Assembly: GCF_006345805.1 (NCBI RefSeq) | Contig: NC_043001.1 | Location: forward strand, 92,070,001 to 92,134,000 | Origin: Octopus sinensis | Taxonomy: Eukaryota | Direction: 5' to 3' | DNA: 64,000 nt | Shown here: positions 1 to 12,579 of the stretch, in pieces | Layout: each line of letters begins with the position of its first letter | Numbering within the stretch: the stretch's first letter is position 1 | The notes under the pieces: generated by a model | What the model saw: the letters and a program-made list of their open reading frames with translations, nothing else | Told to the model about the DNA's origin: nothing | The model's database searches: none | Position numbers and translations under genes: made by a program

Positions 1-119
1 AATTATAACAAACAAAATCTCCAATCAAGAAGTCCCATAGATCCCGAATCACTTTTATTACAGGCGTGCTATGATAAATGCGACTCTCTCCTCTGTAATT
101 TTCAGCCTACAGGCAAATG

Positions 120-1080
120 GTTTGAGCAATTCTGTTCACTCGGGCCATTTTCGTTACATTCACCTTTTTACACATTTACCTCCCGCTCCTGTCTCATCTT
201 CCTTTCTGACTGGAACCTGAAAAAGTTGACTAAGGTCTCGGCCGAAGAGGAAAGAGTCACCGACCGTATTGACCGGCTGGCAAAGGGCTGTGAGCACCAG
301 GTGATTCTCAAGGTGTCAAGCGCCCTGCCTCACATCTGATAGAAGACAGCAGCTTTGTCAACGAGACGAACTTGGGTAAAGTGCTTCTGGCAAACAGCGA
401 GTTTGTCACCAGAGATGTCGTTTCCTCAGCTCATTAACCACATACGCCATATGCAGCAGATGTTGACAGCAAATGGACCTTTCGGCCAGTGGAACTTCTC
501 CTCTCGACAGAAAGCGGAGAGCGTTCCATTCTGGTCCCCTGTACAATCTTCCTTACACTTTTAATTATATATTGCGCGTAATGAAGGTTGTCATAGACAG
601 ACCATTTTGAAATGGCACAACTGGGACGTGAACCAATTGGAAATGATTGAGCAGATCTGGGAGACTTTCACACACTCTTCTTGTATTAGTTCGTACCCCA
701 CACAATCCAGATGTGCATCAAAGACGGCATTGCAATCACCGACCAACAAATATTACAGTACAAAACGTTCCAGGAAAATCTTAGGACGTCTGAAGAAATC
801 TCGCTGCCTTGTCACCGTCGGGAAATACACATCGTTTAGTCTAAAGCACTGCCTTCGATACTGCTCACGTCCAGGATCACCAACTTACCGTATCTCAGCA
901 AGATCGACAGTGTCTCAAGGCCTAGGCTTTTACAAAACAGAATTGTGCTCCCACTTCTCGGCCGAGAATGGCATGTTAAAACTTCAATGCCTCCAAAATG
1001 GATGCTACAACGCTGATGACTACTACATCCGAAGATAGTGACCTGCGTTCATTGAGCAGGTAACCTTGTTTTCAGATAGA
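120..1080 (-). mobile_element. Degraded, internally deleted L1/Tx1-clade LINE (APE endonuclease plus ORF2 C-terminus)
   Basis: Manual minus-strand translation gives GKLVILDVSS..RLNDVYFPT..DFFRR..IFL..LLVGDCNAVFDAHLD, an APE-type GD(W/F)NA motif. Near 130-240 it gives LVNFFRFQSERKMRQERE..NVTKMARVN, a Tx1-type ORF2 end. Many stops and frameshifts. Confidence 0.75.
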
Positions 1081-1278
1081 CCCAAAGACTAAGTGCATTT
1101 ATACTCGCCACCCCCTTTCAGAGCCACCATGCTGATAGAAAGAAATGTCTTATTTACCATTTTGGCAAAGCACTTGAAAACTAAGCACCGAAAACTTGTG
1201 GATACCTAAGGTTACAAGTAGTAACCAGCTAACCACATAAATTCTACCAGAAATAAGGCCGAACTTGAGCCGAACTAA

Positions 1279-1331
<53 letters not shown>

Positions 1332-1333
<2 letters not shown>

Positions 1334-1818
1334 TACATTGTTTTTATCTTGGTATAAAAGATGGGCTACAGCAAATATTCTGCTCAATACCACAGATTTC
1401 CTTGTCAATTGTTTGATCTTAACCAGTTGAGCATTTCCCTTAGTGGCTGACGATATGTGCATCTCTGATCATGAGCAGAAGTAGTGGGGGAGCATCATAG
1501 CCGTGTGTTGAGAGGGATTGTGTGTGTGTGTGGGGGGGTGAATAATTCACCTCTGGAGACATGGGTATTTCGTTCAACATCTTTAAACAACCCTTATTCA
1601 GGAATCTTTAGAGCGGGATGGGCTACTCGACCAGATGAATATTCTAACTGGGCCCCACCTGCAAGGTCACGTGCTGTTTATCTTGATATGAGATCACCAT
1701 GTCGTGCACATATGGTTGTGATGCATGTGCCTAGTGTACCCTTATCAGACGGGTAGTCATGATGGATATACTGGGCTTCATATATTTTACCTCAGTTTCA
1801 CTTTGATGGCACTCACTC
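1332..1818 (+). mobile_element. 5'-truncated non-coding retroelement end embedded in (AAT)n; probably the 3' UTR of an R4/Dong-like LINE
   Basis: Homologous to 11911-12517 and 3243-3439. All three share the 3' end ...ctcactc followed by (AAT)n but have different 5' truncation points. Confidence 0.7.
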
Positions 1819-2296
1819 AATAATAATAATAATTCTTATTTAGGCAAAAGTCCAGCAGTTTTAAAGGGAAGACGTTAATCCATGGCACTTGAGCGCGTAC
1901 TTGGTAAACATTTCATTTTATCAATTCTAGTCGGATGAACTCTGCGGGATTTGATGTTAGAACGGAAAGAGTAAAAACAAATACCGCAGACCATTTTTTT
2001 TTTCTTTCCGACATTCTAAAAGGTTTTACCTGCTCGGCGGGGGCGGTGGCAGGGTGGAGGCAGTAGTGACTGGAATTATATTAATGATGATGATGATCAT
2101 GATCATGATCATGTTGATAATGATTGCGACGACGATGGCGACGATAATATTCTACCATTGTCATTTACAGTGATACTAAATAGCTTTGTGTGGCATTTCT
2201 CACGTAACTTCACATGTATGGGAAATTGAACGGAACGCATTGTGCTCTTCTGATGCGGAACACTTTTACAACCGACAAAAGAACAAGTCGCTTTAT

Positions 2297-2420
2297 CTTT
2301 AATACAGTATTCTACTAACAGGTGGGCTGATTAAGTTACTAATTTTACTAACAGTTAGCTTCACATAAGGGTTCTGTAATAAATTAGTTATTTGGTAATA
2401 GAAAATACTCTGTATTAAGG
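2297..2420. mobile_element. Fold-back MITE-like element
   Basis: Imperfect terminal inverted repeats ctttaatacagtattcta / tagaaaatactctgtattaagg, plus inner arms gttactaattttactaacag / ctgtaataaattagttat. Confidence 0.45.
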
Positions 2421-2991
2421 ACAATAATCAAAGTTAATAAACACTGCATATACACGCAGATACAAGTATAAACTAATGTATACACACGCACACATACAAC
2501 TGTACCTGTACATACATATAAACACATACAATGGAGAAACTCTTACAAGCAACGGAAAATGCCACCAGTTTAAAACGAATAACCTCTATCACAAGTGTTG
2601 TGTACTCTGTTACCTGATTCTACATCCCCAATTTATATATAAAATATAGGTTAAGAGAGGTAACGGTGTCATTGAGACCCAAAGGTGTCAGGTAATGCTG
2701 GATAAGTGCAATAGATAGACCATAGTTAGGTTCCAGGTTCGGTGATTATTTAAATAATACCCTTGATTCATTAACACTGTGTACAAACTCTATACTTGGA
2801 ATGACCAATTTTAAATACTATTGGATTTTACTCATAAGATATTGGAATCTTATATGTATACCATTCTGCCTAAAAAATGGATCTACAAATACAATTTCCT
2901 TACACATCTCACATCTATTTTCTTTCCTCCACCTCACTCTCTATTTTGAATCTTATCTTGATTAACTATTACTTAACCATCCTCTCACACC

Positions 2992-3039
2992 GTCTCCGAT
3001 GAAGGGATATAATAAATATCCCGGAAACAGCTGTAAGAC
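2992..3039 (+). ncRNA. Minimal type-I hammerhead ribozyme motif (PLE pLTR type), U4C variant, probably degenerate
   Basis: gtct-CCGATGA-a-gggatat(aataa)atatccc-g-GAAA-cagctg-TA-agac: stem I gtct/agac, 7-bp stem II, palindromic stem III. Confidence 0.7.
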
Positions 3040-3242
3040 CGTCTATCTATAAATGTTCTAAAATCAACACAGCCTTGGTTTTTCATCTCATATATACATA
3101 TATACACATATGTGTGCGTGTATGTGTATGTGTCTGTGTGCATATGTGTACTAATATCTGTTGATTCATCGACAAGTAATAAATTTCAGAACTTGATGTG
3201 TAAGTATAGATATTCTTGTATTCGCTGTAACTGAATGATTGG

Positions 3243-3439
3243 TGAAGAAAATTCTAACTGGGCCCCACCTGCTAGGTCATGCGCTGTTTATCTTGATATG
3301 AGATCACCATGTCGTGCACATATGGTTGTGATGCAGGTGCCTGGTGTACCCTTATGAGACAGGTAGTCATGATGGGTATACTGGGCTTTGTATATTTTAC
3401 GCCAGTGTCACTTTGATGGCATGCACTGCTCTCTCACTC
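3243..3439 (+). mobile_element. Short 3' fragment of the (AAT)n-associated retroelement
   Basis: Matches the 3' part of 1332-1818 and 11911-12517 and ends ctcactc-aataataat. Confidence 0.7.
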
Positions 3440-3469
3440 AATAATAATGATAACAACAATATTATAATA

Positions 3470-3660
3470 ATACTTTCTACTATAGGCACAAGGCCTGAAA
3501 TTTTGGAGGAGTGGTTAAGTCGATTACATCGACCCAGTGTTTCACGGGTATCTAATTTATCGACCCCCGAAAGGATGAAATACAAAGTCGACCTCGGCGG
3601 AATTTGAATTCACAACGTAAAGACGGACGAATTGCCGCCAAGCTTTTTGTCCGGCGTGCT
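3470..3660 (-). mobile_element. Nin/Deu-core tRNA-derived SINE (partial)
   Basis: Reverse complement of the core gtcgactttg..tttcatcctttcggggtcgataaa shared with 9280-9695. Confidence 0.8.
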
Positions 3661-3889
3661 AATAATAATGACAGAGAGTGTAAGAAAGAGACAGACAGAC
3701 AGAAATAGGACCAGATAAAACACACACGTATACACATATGTGTGAGTGTGCGTGCGTGTATGTGTGTTTGTGCGTGTGTGTGCGTGTATGTGTGTGTGTG
3801 AGTACATGTATGCATTCTTGCTTCTGTGTGTGCTTAGATGAACTCACACGTACGTATATATGTATGTATGTAAGTATGTACGTATGTAT

Positions 3890-3923
<34 letters not shown>

Positions 3924-5358
3924 AAGAAAGAGGGCGAGAGAGAGAGAGAGCGAGTGGGAGAGAGAGAGGGACAGACAGACAGACAGTAAATAGATTGTGA
4001 AATAAACTATGCTCAACAGCCAGGAAATTCCACAACGCTGGAGACTATGTGAGAAACTACTGAATACTTTGAAGCAGGAAACTGCGCTATTTTGGTTTTC
4101 AGTAAGTGCCGTGAGAAAGGGGCGAGTCTTTTAATTCCTTAATATGCTTGATATAAACTTTGGGCCACTGACCCAAAGCCAATATCTTTTGGATTGACCT
4201 TATGAATTTATAATTTACAATAGAGGAATCTTCCTTTTTTTAATGAAGTCAGTCACCCCGTGAGAAATTTTTTAATCTGTTTAAGAAATTTATGAGGAAA
4301 GCCCTCCAGTCTTAATGAAGTATCTATCTGAAGTTTATGTTCCTCTTTAATAGGACTAAAATTTATTTTTGTTAATAAAATGAAATGAAAAGGAAAGGAA
4401 GTCCTTGGGATTCCGTTAGAGCTTTGTTACGCTGTTCGACAGCTTTTGAGACTAAAGCCAACAGTTCGGGTTAAATTTTGCAAGCTGCTGATATACAGGA
4501 AAAAGAGAACACGCTAGAGATGGAATAACAGAAGGGGTGAATCTTGTATAAAATAAAATACCTAGAATGGCTCAGGGACTGGCAGGTAAAGGATGGACGG
4601 TTGCATTTACTCATGCCAAATTTATATCATTCAAAGATGCAAAGAGCAACAAAGCAATAAATAAATGCTCACACGTAATTCTGCAGATATAGAAGGACCA
4701 CAAAAAGGGTAAATGGGTAACATTGAAATTGATGGTGAAAAACCTGAAATGGAGAGAAGAGTTTGAGTCTGTGGTGGTGCACCTACAATATCTTTATGCC
4801 GTAGGTTTTCATTGTTTCATTGACGCAAGCAGAACTTAATTTCTTCCAGCTTTTGGCAGACATTGCCCAGATTCGACTAGAAATCTATTTTATATCTCGT
4901 TTAGAGTTGTCTATCTTCCGCATTATCAATTTACCTTTCCAGATTTTGTTGATGAGATTTTCAGTTGTTTAGCTTTAGGTGAAACCTGATCGAATAGGCT
5001 TATGATTAAAGGCATTCTAAACCGTGATCATTTTGTTTTTCATATATGGCTTATCTCAGACTATATTACTTTACGTTTCTCCCCCTCTCCTCAACCCACT
5101 TTTTGTTTTAAAGGTGCTAGCATCGATTGCTACACCTCACAAGTCAAGCGACTCAGTAGGGAGCCCCTTTCTTGTCACGAGAGATTTTGTATTTTTTTCT
5201 TTATTGTCCATATAACTAAACACTATGACATTTTGCTATACACTATTAATAATGAACACCTATTACTTTAGAATATTATGCGATAGAGTCATCACGGTGT
5301 CATTATAAGCATATGTGAGATGAGACAATATAATTGCGATAGCTTTAGATGCTAAAAT

Positions 5359-5870
5359 TGTGACCTTCGGTCATGAATGACCATGGAATTGCACCTAGAA
5401 AATTACCCTCCGAGGTACAAGTCTGGGCAAGGTTGTTTATGGAAGACCAGCAGTCGCCCACACATACCAGCCTCCCCTCTCCACGCCACCGATGTTATCC
5501 AAGGGAAAGGCAAAGGCCGATGCAACTTGACTCCAGTTACGTCGCAGCTCATTTATTAACGTGCAAGTGGCTGAGCACTCCACAGACACGTGTACCCTTA
5601 ACGTAGTTCTCGGGGAGATTCAACGTGACACAGAGTGTGACAAGGCTAGCCCTTTGAAATACAGGTACAATAGAAACAGGAAGAAAGAGTGAGAGAAAGT
5701 TGTGGTGAAAGAGTACAACAGGGTTCACCCCCCCCCGCCACTGCCGGAGCCTCATGGAGCTTTAGGTGTTTTCGCTCAGTAAACACTCACAATGCCCGGT
5801 CTGGGAATCGAAACCACGATCCTACGACCGCGAGTCCGCTGCCCTAAGCACTGGGCCATTGCGCCTCCAC
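5359..5870 (-). mobile_element. Full-length tRNA(Arg)-headed SINE with 12-bp TSD
   Basis: Minus-strand head gtggaggcgcaatggcccagtgcttagggcagcggactcgcggtcg..tttcgattccc carries A- and B-box-like motifs. TSD agatgctaaaat at 5347-5358 and 5871-5882. Confidence 0.85.
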
Positions 5871-6730
5871 AGATGCTAAAATACGCCTTTACTTATGCCA
5901 AATATAGTGGATAACCTTCTTTTCTCTATTTATTGTTGTCATATGGGAAGGAATCATTGCTTTTTAAAGTTTTTTACTTTACATAACGTTCATCCAGGGT
6001 TTATTGCGGGTTATTAATATGTAATGGATATCAATGGTTCATGTTACTTATTGACTTTTGTACAAAACTAATCTGGTTTCTTATCGTTTCTCGCACGATT
6101 AAGATTTTATTGACGATTTTCCAGTATTTGCTCCCTCTATTTGTTTAAGTTACTGAAAAAAATTTCCATCTTTATCAAAAAAAAAAAAAAAAAAAAAAGG
6201 AATATTGGATTTGAATGATCAGTATTAAAATATTTTTTGAATGCCATTTATTTCAAATCGTCTATAATTTCTTTTATATTTCTTTGACTTTGTCTCTAAA
6301 AAAGTATAAATGTATAAATATTTATTTTTCTTTGACTTTTTTCTCTAAAGTATAAATGAAGTTTTGAACTCTCCGCAAAACATTCATCTTTTCTGAGTCT
6401 ACTCCCATCAAGCACATTCTTACAGGAAAAGCCAACATTTTTGTGGAGAGTTAAACAGAAAAGTGTACGAAAAGACAGACATTAGCTTTAGTTAGCATTA
6501 GTCTTCATAGCTTTCGTTCACATTTTAACTGGAAAATATGACTCATTTATTACTTTGCAAGGTTGTACATACCTATATACATACATACATACATACATAC
6601 ATACATACATACATACATACATACATGCATACATGCATACATACATACATACATACATACATACATACATACATACATACATACATACATACATACACAA
6701 ATACATACATACATGTATGTATGCACTTGT

Positions 6731-6857
6731 TAATAATCGGCAGAAGTTATCGAATGACTTAAGATACTTAGCAATGTACGAGAATTTCGTGCATTATTAA
6801 ATGCCAACTCACAAAATCCCGGTCTATATGTCATTCTGCAACTTCTGCCGGTTATTA
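6731..6857. mobile_element. MITE-like element with ~29-bp imperfect TIRs
   Basis: taataatcggcagaagttatcgaatgac versus the reverse complement of gtcattctgcaacttctgccggttatta. Confidence 0.55.
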
Positions 6858-7234
6858 GTAAACATTTACAGAGTATTCGGGTTACACTGGATACTTTGTA
6901 TAAACAGGAAAACGCAATGTCTCACCCAAACGTAAAAGTATTTTAAAGAATTAAAAGACAACGACAAGATTATGACTGGGAGATAATAGTTTTCTCAAAG
7001 TAGCCGCACTCGGCTTCGACTACGGCCTTATGCCGGCTTCGGAATCTGGCGCACGCATTCCTCACTCTGTTCACTTCCTTGATCATGGCCACCAGCTCAG
7101 CGTTGTTGTTGCAGGCAGAGCGGTTGGTGTCTTTCTCAACTGCACCCAACACATAGTAATCTATGGGATTGCAATTTAAGCAATTTAAGGAATTAGGCCA
7201 GAAATTGGGGGCAGTGAAGTCGTGAAAATTTTCT

Positions 7235-7653
7235 TATTTCTTTACTGCCCACAAAGAGCTATACACAGAGGGAACACACAAGGACAGACCAACAGATTAA
7301 GTCGATTATATCGACCCCAGTGCGTGACTGGTACTTATTTAATCGACCCCGAAATGATGAAAGGCAAAGTCGACCTCGGCGGAATTTGAACTCAGAACGT
7401 AGCGGCAGGCGAAATACCTATTTCTTTACTACCCACAAGGGGCTAAACACAGAGAGGACAAACAAGGACAGGCAAATGGATCAAGTCGATTACATCGACC
7501 CCAGTGCGCAACTGGTACTTAATTTATCGACCCCAAAAGGATGAAAGGCAAAGTCGAACTCAGTGGAAATTGAACTCAGAACGTAACGACAGACGAAATA
7601 CGGCTACGCATTTCGCTCGGCGTGCTTACGTTTCTGCCAGCTCGCCGCCTTAA
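7235..7653 (-). mobile_element. Nin/Deu-core SINE, 1.7-mer form, with 15-bp TSD
   Basis: Head aaggcggcgagctggcagaaacg followed by two core-tail units. TSD tcgtgaaaattttct at 7220-7234 and 7654-7668 splits the maT transposase. Confidence 0.9.
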
Positions 7654-8059
7654 TCGTGAAAATTTTCTGACAAGCAGTTCTGACTCTTTCCGAAATTATT
7701 ACAAGGATCCGAATCCTGCTGCCACACATATGTTTTTCCAGCAGGAATCGTCTCTAGCAAGGGATTGATCACAGTCTCCAACAGCTTCACAATGAAGATC
7801 CTCCAGCAGCTTCACTGAATTGAGCCTAAGGCTCTGTTCAAAGATATGGGGCGGCATGAGGTTACTCCCAATGGAGACATTCCCAATGAAAATCATAGTT
7901 CTCCAATGTCTGCATTACATATCTGATAAGTCCTACCCATCTGCATTACAATTTTAGGTTGAGCCAACTAGGATATCATTATGTGGTTGTTTGACTTGCT
8001 AGAATTAATAAAATCTCCTCAAAATACATCTTACTGTTTTAAAAATAAATTACCTATTC

Positions 8060-8378
8060 ATTATTTAAATTATTTACAATCCCACTATGCACACGGGTAT
8101 ATAACGTAGTGGTTAAGAGCGCGGGCTACTAATCCCAAGATTCCAAGTTCGATTCCAAGCAGTGACCTGAACAATAACAATAACAACAAAAACAATAAAA
8201 ATAATTATAATAACATCGAAAAATACCTTAGGAATAAGAACCCAGGTTCGAAATTTCCCCAAGACACCTGAAGAAGGCTGGAAGGTATATCAGCCGAAAT
8301 ATTGTGTTAACAACAAACAAGATGCAGACAAATATCCATCGAATGTAAATAATTCCTCATCTCTTAAATATAGAACTA
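8060..8378 (+). mobile_element. tRNA-headed SINE-like element carrying a hammerhead motif, with 13-bp TSD
   Basis: A-box-like taacgtagtgg (8102-8112), B-box gttcgattcc (8147-8156), (AAC/AAT) spacer, hammerhead motif at 8264-8307. TSD aaattacctattc at 8047-8059 and 8379-8391. Confidence 0.8.
8264..8307 (+). ncRNA. Minimal hammerhead ribozyme motif within the SINE
   Basis: acac-CTGAAGA-a-ggctg(gaaggtatat)cagcc-GAAA-ta-TT-gtgt: intact CUGANGA/GAAA core, 5-bp stem II, 4-bp stem I. Confidence 0.7.
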
Positions 8379-9279
8379 AAATTACCTATTCGTAAAAAAT
8401 AATCTGGGATATATTATGCTTCGCCTTGGTTTTTATGATTTGTGGGACATCATATGGACTGTAGGCAAGCTACTTGTTGTTCTAGGTGTTGTGCAACTGG
8501 TATTACCAGTTCTGTTCATATGAGAAGAACCAGATTATCTCCGAGTCAACAGCATGCCGCAGCTTGCTCAAGACCTTCTTTGCTTTCGTGAAGTGATTTT
8601 CCTTGGACTTGGCTGTCAGAGTTTCTCCCTTGTGCCTCTTGTGTGAGTGGCAGTGAAGATCCTCATTCAAGTCCGGCTTTATAGTAGTGACTTCAACACG
8701 TCTATCTCGCCATAGTCCGGATTCCCTCGCTCGGTCACTTTGTTCTGCATTTGCTCGACGAATTCCAGCGTGCGGATGCAGTTAGAACGTTTTCAGTGTC
8801 CCTTCCAGCTGGGCATGGCTTCGTAGCCTCTGTTGTAGCTATGTGACGTATTTTAGCTTTTGCAAAATGTTTAGAGAACATTGAACAGTAGTTGTGAAGT
8901 TGGCATTTAGATACCGGACGTGATATATAAAGAGTTACCTGTATCGTCATGATACAGGTAACTCTTTTCCTATATTCAGTCCTCCATATCAGCTAACAAT
9001 TTTTCAATTACAATTTTAATCTTAATACACTCCAACGCCGTTGACTTCTCACACGCATACATACACACGCCCATCCATCCATCCATCCATCCATCCACCC
9101 ATCCACCCATCCATAACAGATCTTGGTTAAACAATATAGTCAAACAATAATGGAGGTCGGCAAAGGAGAAAATGTTTATTAAAAGACACACACCTAAACC
9201 TGCTTATATAAAACAAAATAAAGACGAAGAAAGAAAAAGCATTGAGCTTTAATTAATTAATAGATGTTTATAAACTCTA

Positions 9280-9695
9280 AAGGCGGCGAGCTGGCAGAAA
9301 CGTTAGCACACCGGGCGAAATGCCTAGCGGTATTTCGTCTGCCGCCATGTTCTGAGTTCAAATTCCGCCGAGGTCGACTTTGCATTTCATCCTTTCGGGG
9401 TCGATTAAATAAGTACCAGTTACGCACTGGGGTCGATATAATCGACTTGATCCGTTTGTCTGTCCTTTTTTGTCCCCTCTGTGTGTAGTCCCTTGTGGGC
9501 AATAAAGAAATAGGTATTTCGTCTGCCGTTATGTTCTGAGTTCAAATTCCGCCGAAGTTGACTTTGCCTTTCATCATTTCGGGGTCGATAAATTAAGTAC
9601 CAGTCACGCACTGGGGTCGATGTAATCAATCAATCCCTTTGTCTGTCCATGTTTGTCCCCTCTATGTTTAGCTCCTTGTGGGAAATAAAGAAATA
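9280..9695 (+). mobile_element. Nin/Deu-core SINE, 1.7-mer form, with 18-bp TSD
   Basis: Head, core and tail, then a restart at gtatttcgtctgcc (~9515). TSD agatgtttataaactcta at 9262-9279 and 9696-9713. Confidence 0.9.
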
Positions 9696-9842
9696 AGATG
9701 TTTATAAACTCTATTAAGCAATGCATATTATATTGTTATCCACATTGAAATAGCTCAACAGAGTTCTATCTGAGTTTGGTTATAATATACATACCTATAA
9801 GCGTCTATTCTCTGTGTGGTCAGATAAATGAACAAAATACTA

Positions 9843-9875
9843 CTGATGAGGCGGCAAACAGCGTTGAAACGAGTC
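9843..9875 (+). ncRNA. Hammerhead-like core (stem I decayed)
   Basis: CTGATGA-ggcg(gcaaacag)cgtt-GAAAC-ga-GTC; the flanks no longer pair. Confidence 0.4.
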
Positions 9876-10121
9876 ATGCAAATCTCCTGTTTGTGGCCAC
9901 AGAGAAAAAAACAGGTGGTTTAACCGCAGCATATATTTTTCACGGCGTGGAAAAACATGTGTGTTTATTAAAAGAACGCACCCGTAACTCTATCTTATAC
10001 AATTATTTATCCAAATAACATTGTATAGTTCTTTTCCCTCCCTGAAACACATATATTCACACATACACACAAGTACACACACACCTTCACATTTGTCCCA
10101 CTCTCTCTCTCTCGATGCGCC

Positions 10122-10152
<31 letters not shown>

Positions 10153-10377
10153 TGTGTAATGCTAGGGCCCAACAAATTCAACAGAAAACATTTCAACTCA
10201 TCTAAACGGTGTATAACATAAATTGGTGAAGGTGCTCAACGAATTATCATAAATAAATATAAATTACTTGGGGCTATGATATAAATCCGAAGTTCCGAAG
10301 TAAAGAAATGAAACGATAGTAGAAAAATCTTTGATATACTATATCAAAAGAAAAATACGTGTACTATTGCGAGCGCG

Positions 10378-10421
<44 letters not shown>

Positions 10422-11274
10422 ACACACACACACACACACATATATATACATGCATACAAGTATATCAATGTATATGTCTATATATATTGGGGTATGTGTG
10501 TGTGTGTGTGTGTGTGTTTGTGTATTAATTCACGCCAGCCTATAACGATTCCATAATACATACACAATACATACCCAAGCACACTTAAACAGCCAAATAC
10601 ACACCACCCACACACACATATATATGGATTAATGCATTTATACACCCACGTCCACACACACACACACACTCATAAACTCATACAAACGCACTCGCACACA
10701 CACACACACGTACACACACACACACACACGCACTCACGTACACAAATATACATCTACTTATTTATTCTCGCTAGGGCACCTGTGGGCCTATGTTGTCATA
10801 CTGCTTCAGAAGCTGTGCACGTGTTATTTCACAGCTTTGTGTTTATTATTTACCGTTCAGTTGAGATATCAGCCTGTACATAAAGGCACGACGTTTCTGT
10901 GTACCTCGACCAGTATGGGGTGATTTTAGTGTGAAGCAGCATGAAAGAAATAGGCGGAAAATCACTATACATGTCTCTTGTTTACTTTCAAAAGCTTTCG
11001 TGGAAGGCTGATTCAGTATACCTCACATCCTGTGTGTGTATATTTTTGTATGCGTATGCTTCTGTTTTCGTAAATGTGTACGTATATGTATGAATGCATA
11101 TGTGTTTCTTTGAGTATCACTTTCTCTGTCTGTCTGTCTGTCTCTCTCCCCTTATCTTACCTTATCTCTCTGTCTCTGTCTGTCTCTCTCACTCAGTTCG
11201 CAAATAAATATCCTTATTCCTATTCTTAATTCTTATAATAATGATGATGATGATGATGTTAATGATGATAAATA

Positions 11275-11320
<46 letters not shown>

Positions 11321-11321
<1 letters not shown>

Positions 11322-11808
11322 GGTCACAGAAAACGAGAAAGCAACCATACTCTGGGATATGCCAATACACACAGATAGAGAAATTAAGGCCAACAGACCA
11401 GATATAGTTGTCAGAGATCATGAAGAAAAAAATGCTTTCTGATTGATGTACCAATACCAGCAGATGACAACGTGTCTATAAAAGAAATGGAGAAACTTTC
11501 AAAATACAAAAACCTGGAAATAGAGGTAACTAGAATGTGGAATCTAAAAACAGAAACAATTCCTATCATAGTAGGTACATTAGGCATGATACAAAAATAT
11601 TCAAACAAATACATAACCAAAACACCAGGACTTACAAACACATATAACATACAGAAAATTGCACTACTAGGCACTGCACACATCCTACGCAGAACATTTT
11701 CAATACAGTAACCATCAGAGCATCACAACAAATCACAGCACATACCCAAGGCACACAGAGCTGCGCTCGGTAGTGAAGTGAAAGCTCGCTATAAAAATAA
11801 AACTACTG
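11321..11808 (+). mobile_element. 3' end of an R4/Dong-clade non-LTR retrotransposon (restriction-like endonuclease domain plus 3' UTR) inserted in (TAA)n
   Basis: ILWDMPIHTDREIKANRPDIVVRD..(frameshift)..CFLIDVPIPADDNVSIKEMEKLSKYKNLEIEVTRMWNLKTETIPIIVGTLG is a PD..D RLE motif. Stop at 11709-11711; (TAA)n on both sides. Confidence 0.9.
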
Positions 11809-11824
11809 AATAATAATAATAAAG

Positions 11825-11889
<65 letters not shown>

Positions 11890-11910
11890 TAATAATAATA
11901 ATGATAATAA

Positions 11911-12517
11911 TGCTCTGATGCAGTAGCTATGGCCTAATGCAGTATTTATGCCCTGATGCAGTTTTTAATGCGCTGATGCAGTACCAGACAGTGGCTCTCA
12001 TGATATCTGATCTTAACTGATTGCAAATGATATGTACATTGTTTTGTCTTGGTATAAAAGATGGGCTACTGCAAATATTCTGTTCAATCCCACAGATTTG
12101 ACTGTCAGTTGTTTGACCTTAACCAGTTGAGCATGTCCCTTAGTGGCTGACGATATGTGCATCGCTAATCGCAAGCAAAAGTATCTGAGGGCATCATAGC
12201 CATGTGTTGAGAGGATGTCTTTGGAGTTTAGCTAATTCACCTCTGGAAACATGGGTACTTTGTTCAGCATCCTTAAACAACCCTTATTCAGGGACTTTTG
12301 AGCAGGATTGGCTACTCGACCTGAAGAAAATTCCAACTGCGCCCCACCTGAAAGGTCATGCGCTATTTATCTTGATATGAGACCACCATGTTGCGCACAT
12401 ATGGTTGTGATGCATGTACCTGGTGTATCCTTATCAGACGGGTAATCATGATGGGTAAACTGGGCTTCATATATTTTACCCCAGTGTCACTCTGATGACA
12501 TGCCTGCTCTCTCACTC
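11911..12517 (+). mobile_element. Longest copy of the (AAT)n-associated retroelement 3' region
   Basis: Flanked by (AAT)n on both sides and homologous to 1332-1818 and 3243-3439. Starts with four short ctgatgcagt-like repeats. Confidence 0.75.

Positions 12518-12579
<62 letters not shown>

Larger units (their letters stand above)
6868..8900 (-). mobile_element. Degraded maT (DD37D-like) Tc1/mariner transposon interrupted by later insertions
   Basis: Minus-strand peptides: LNEDLHCHSHKRHKGETLTAKSKENHFTKAKKVLSKL (~8560-8670), MPPHIFEQSLRLNS and YVWQQDSDPC (~7700-7860), ENFHDFTAPNFWPNS..CNPIDYYVLGAVEKDTNRSAC..RNACARFRSR (6970-7234). Left boundary inferred from a TIR-like tacagagtattcggg. Confidence 0.75.

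Noticed and set aside
607-1038. 143-aa plus-strand ORF
   Set aside because: It is antisense to the L1/Tx1 endonuclease remnant and has no recognisable domain.
4680-4715. Possible micro-exon (ttctgcag..gtaaat)
   Set aside because: Splice-like motifs only, with no homology or transcript support.
8095-8170. Possible tRNA gene (likewise the heads at 5800-5870 and 36790-36858)
   Set aside because: No complete acceptor stem, and it continues into a SINE body, so it is a tRNA-derived SINE head.
11911-11985. CRISPR-like short repeats (ctgatgcagt x4)
   Set aside because: 10-bp repeats with ~10-bp spacers in eukaryotic retroelement DNA and no cas genes.
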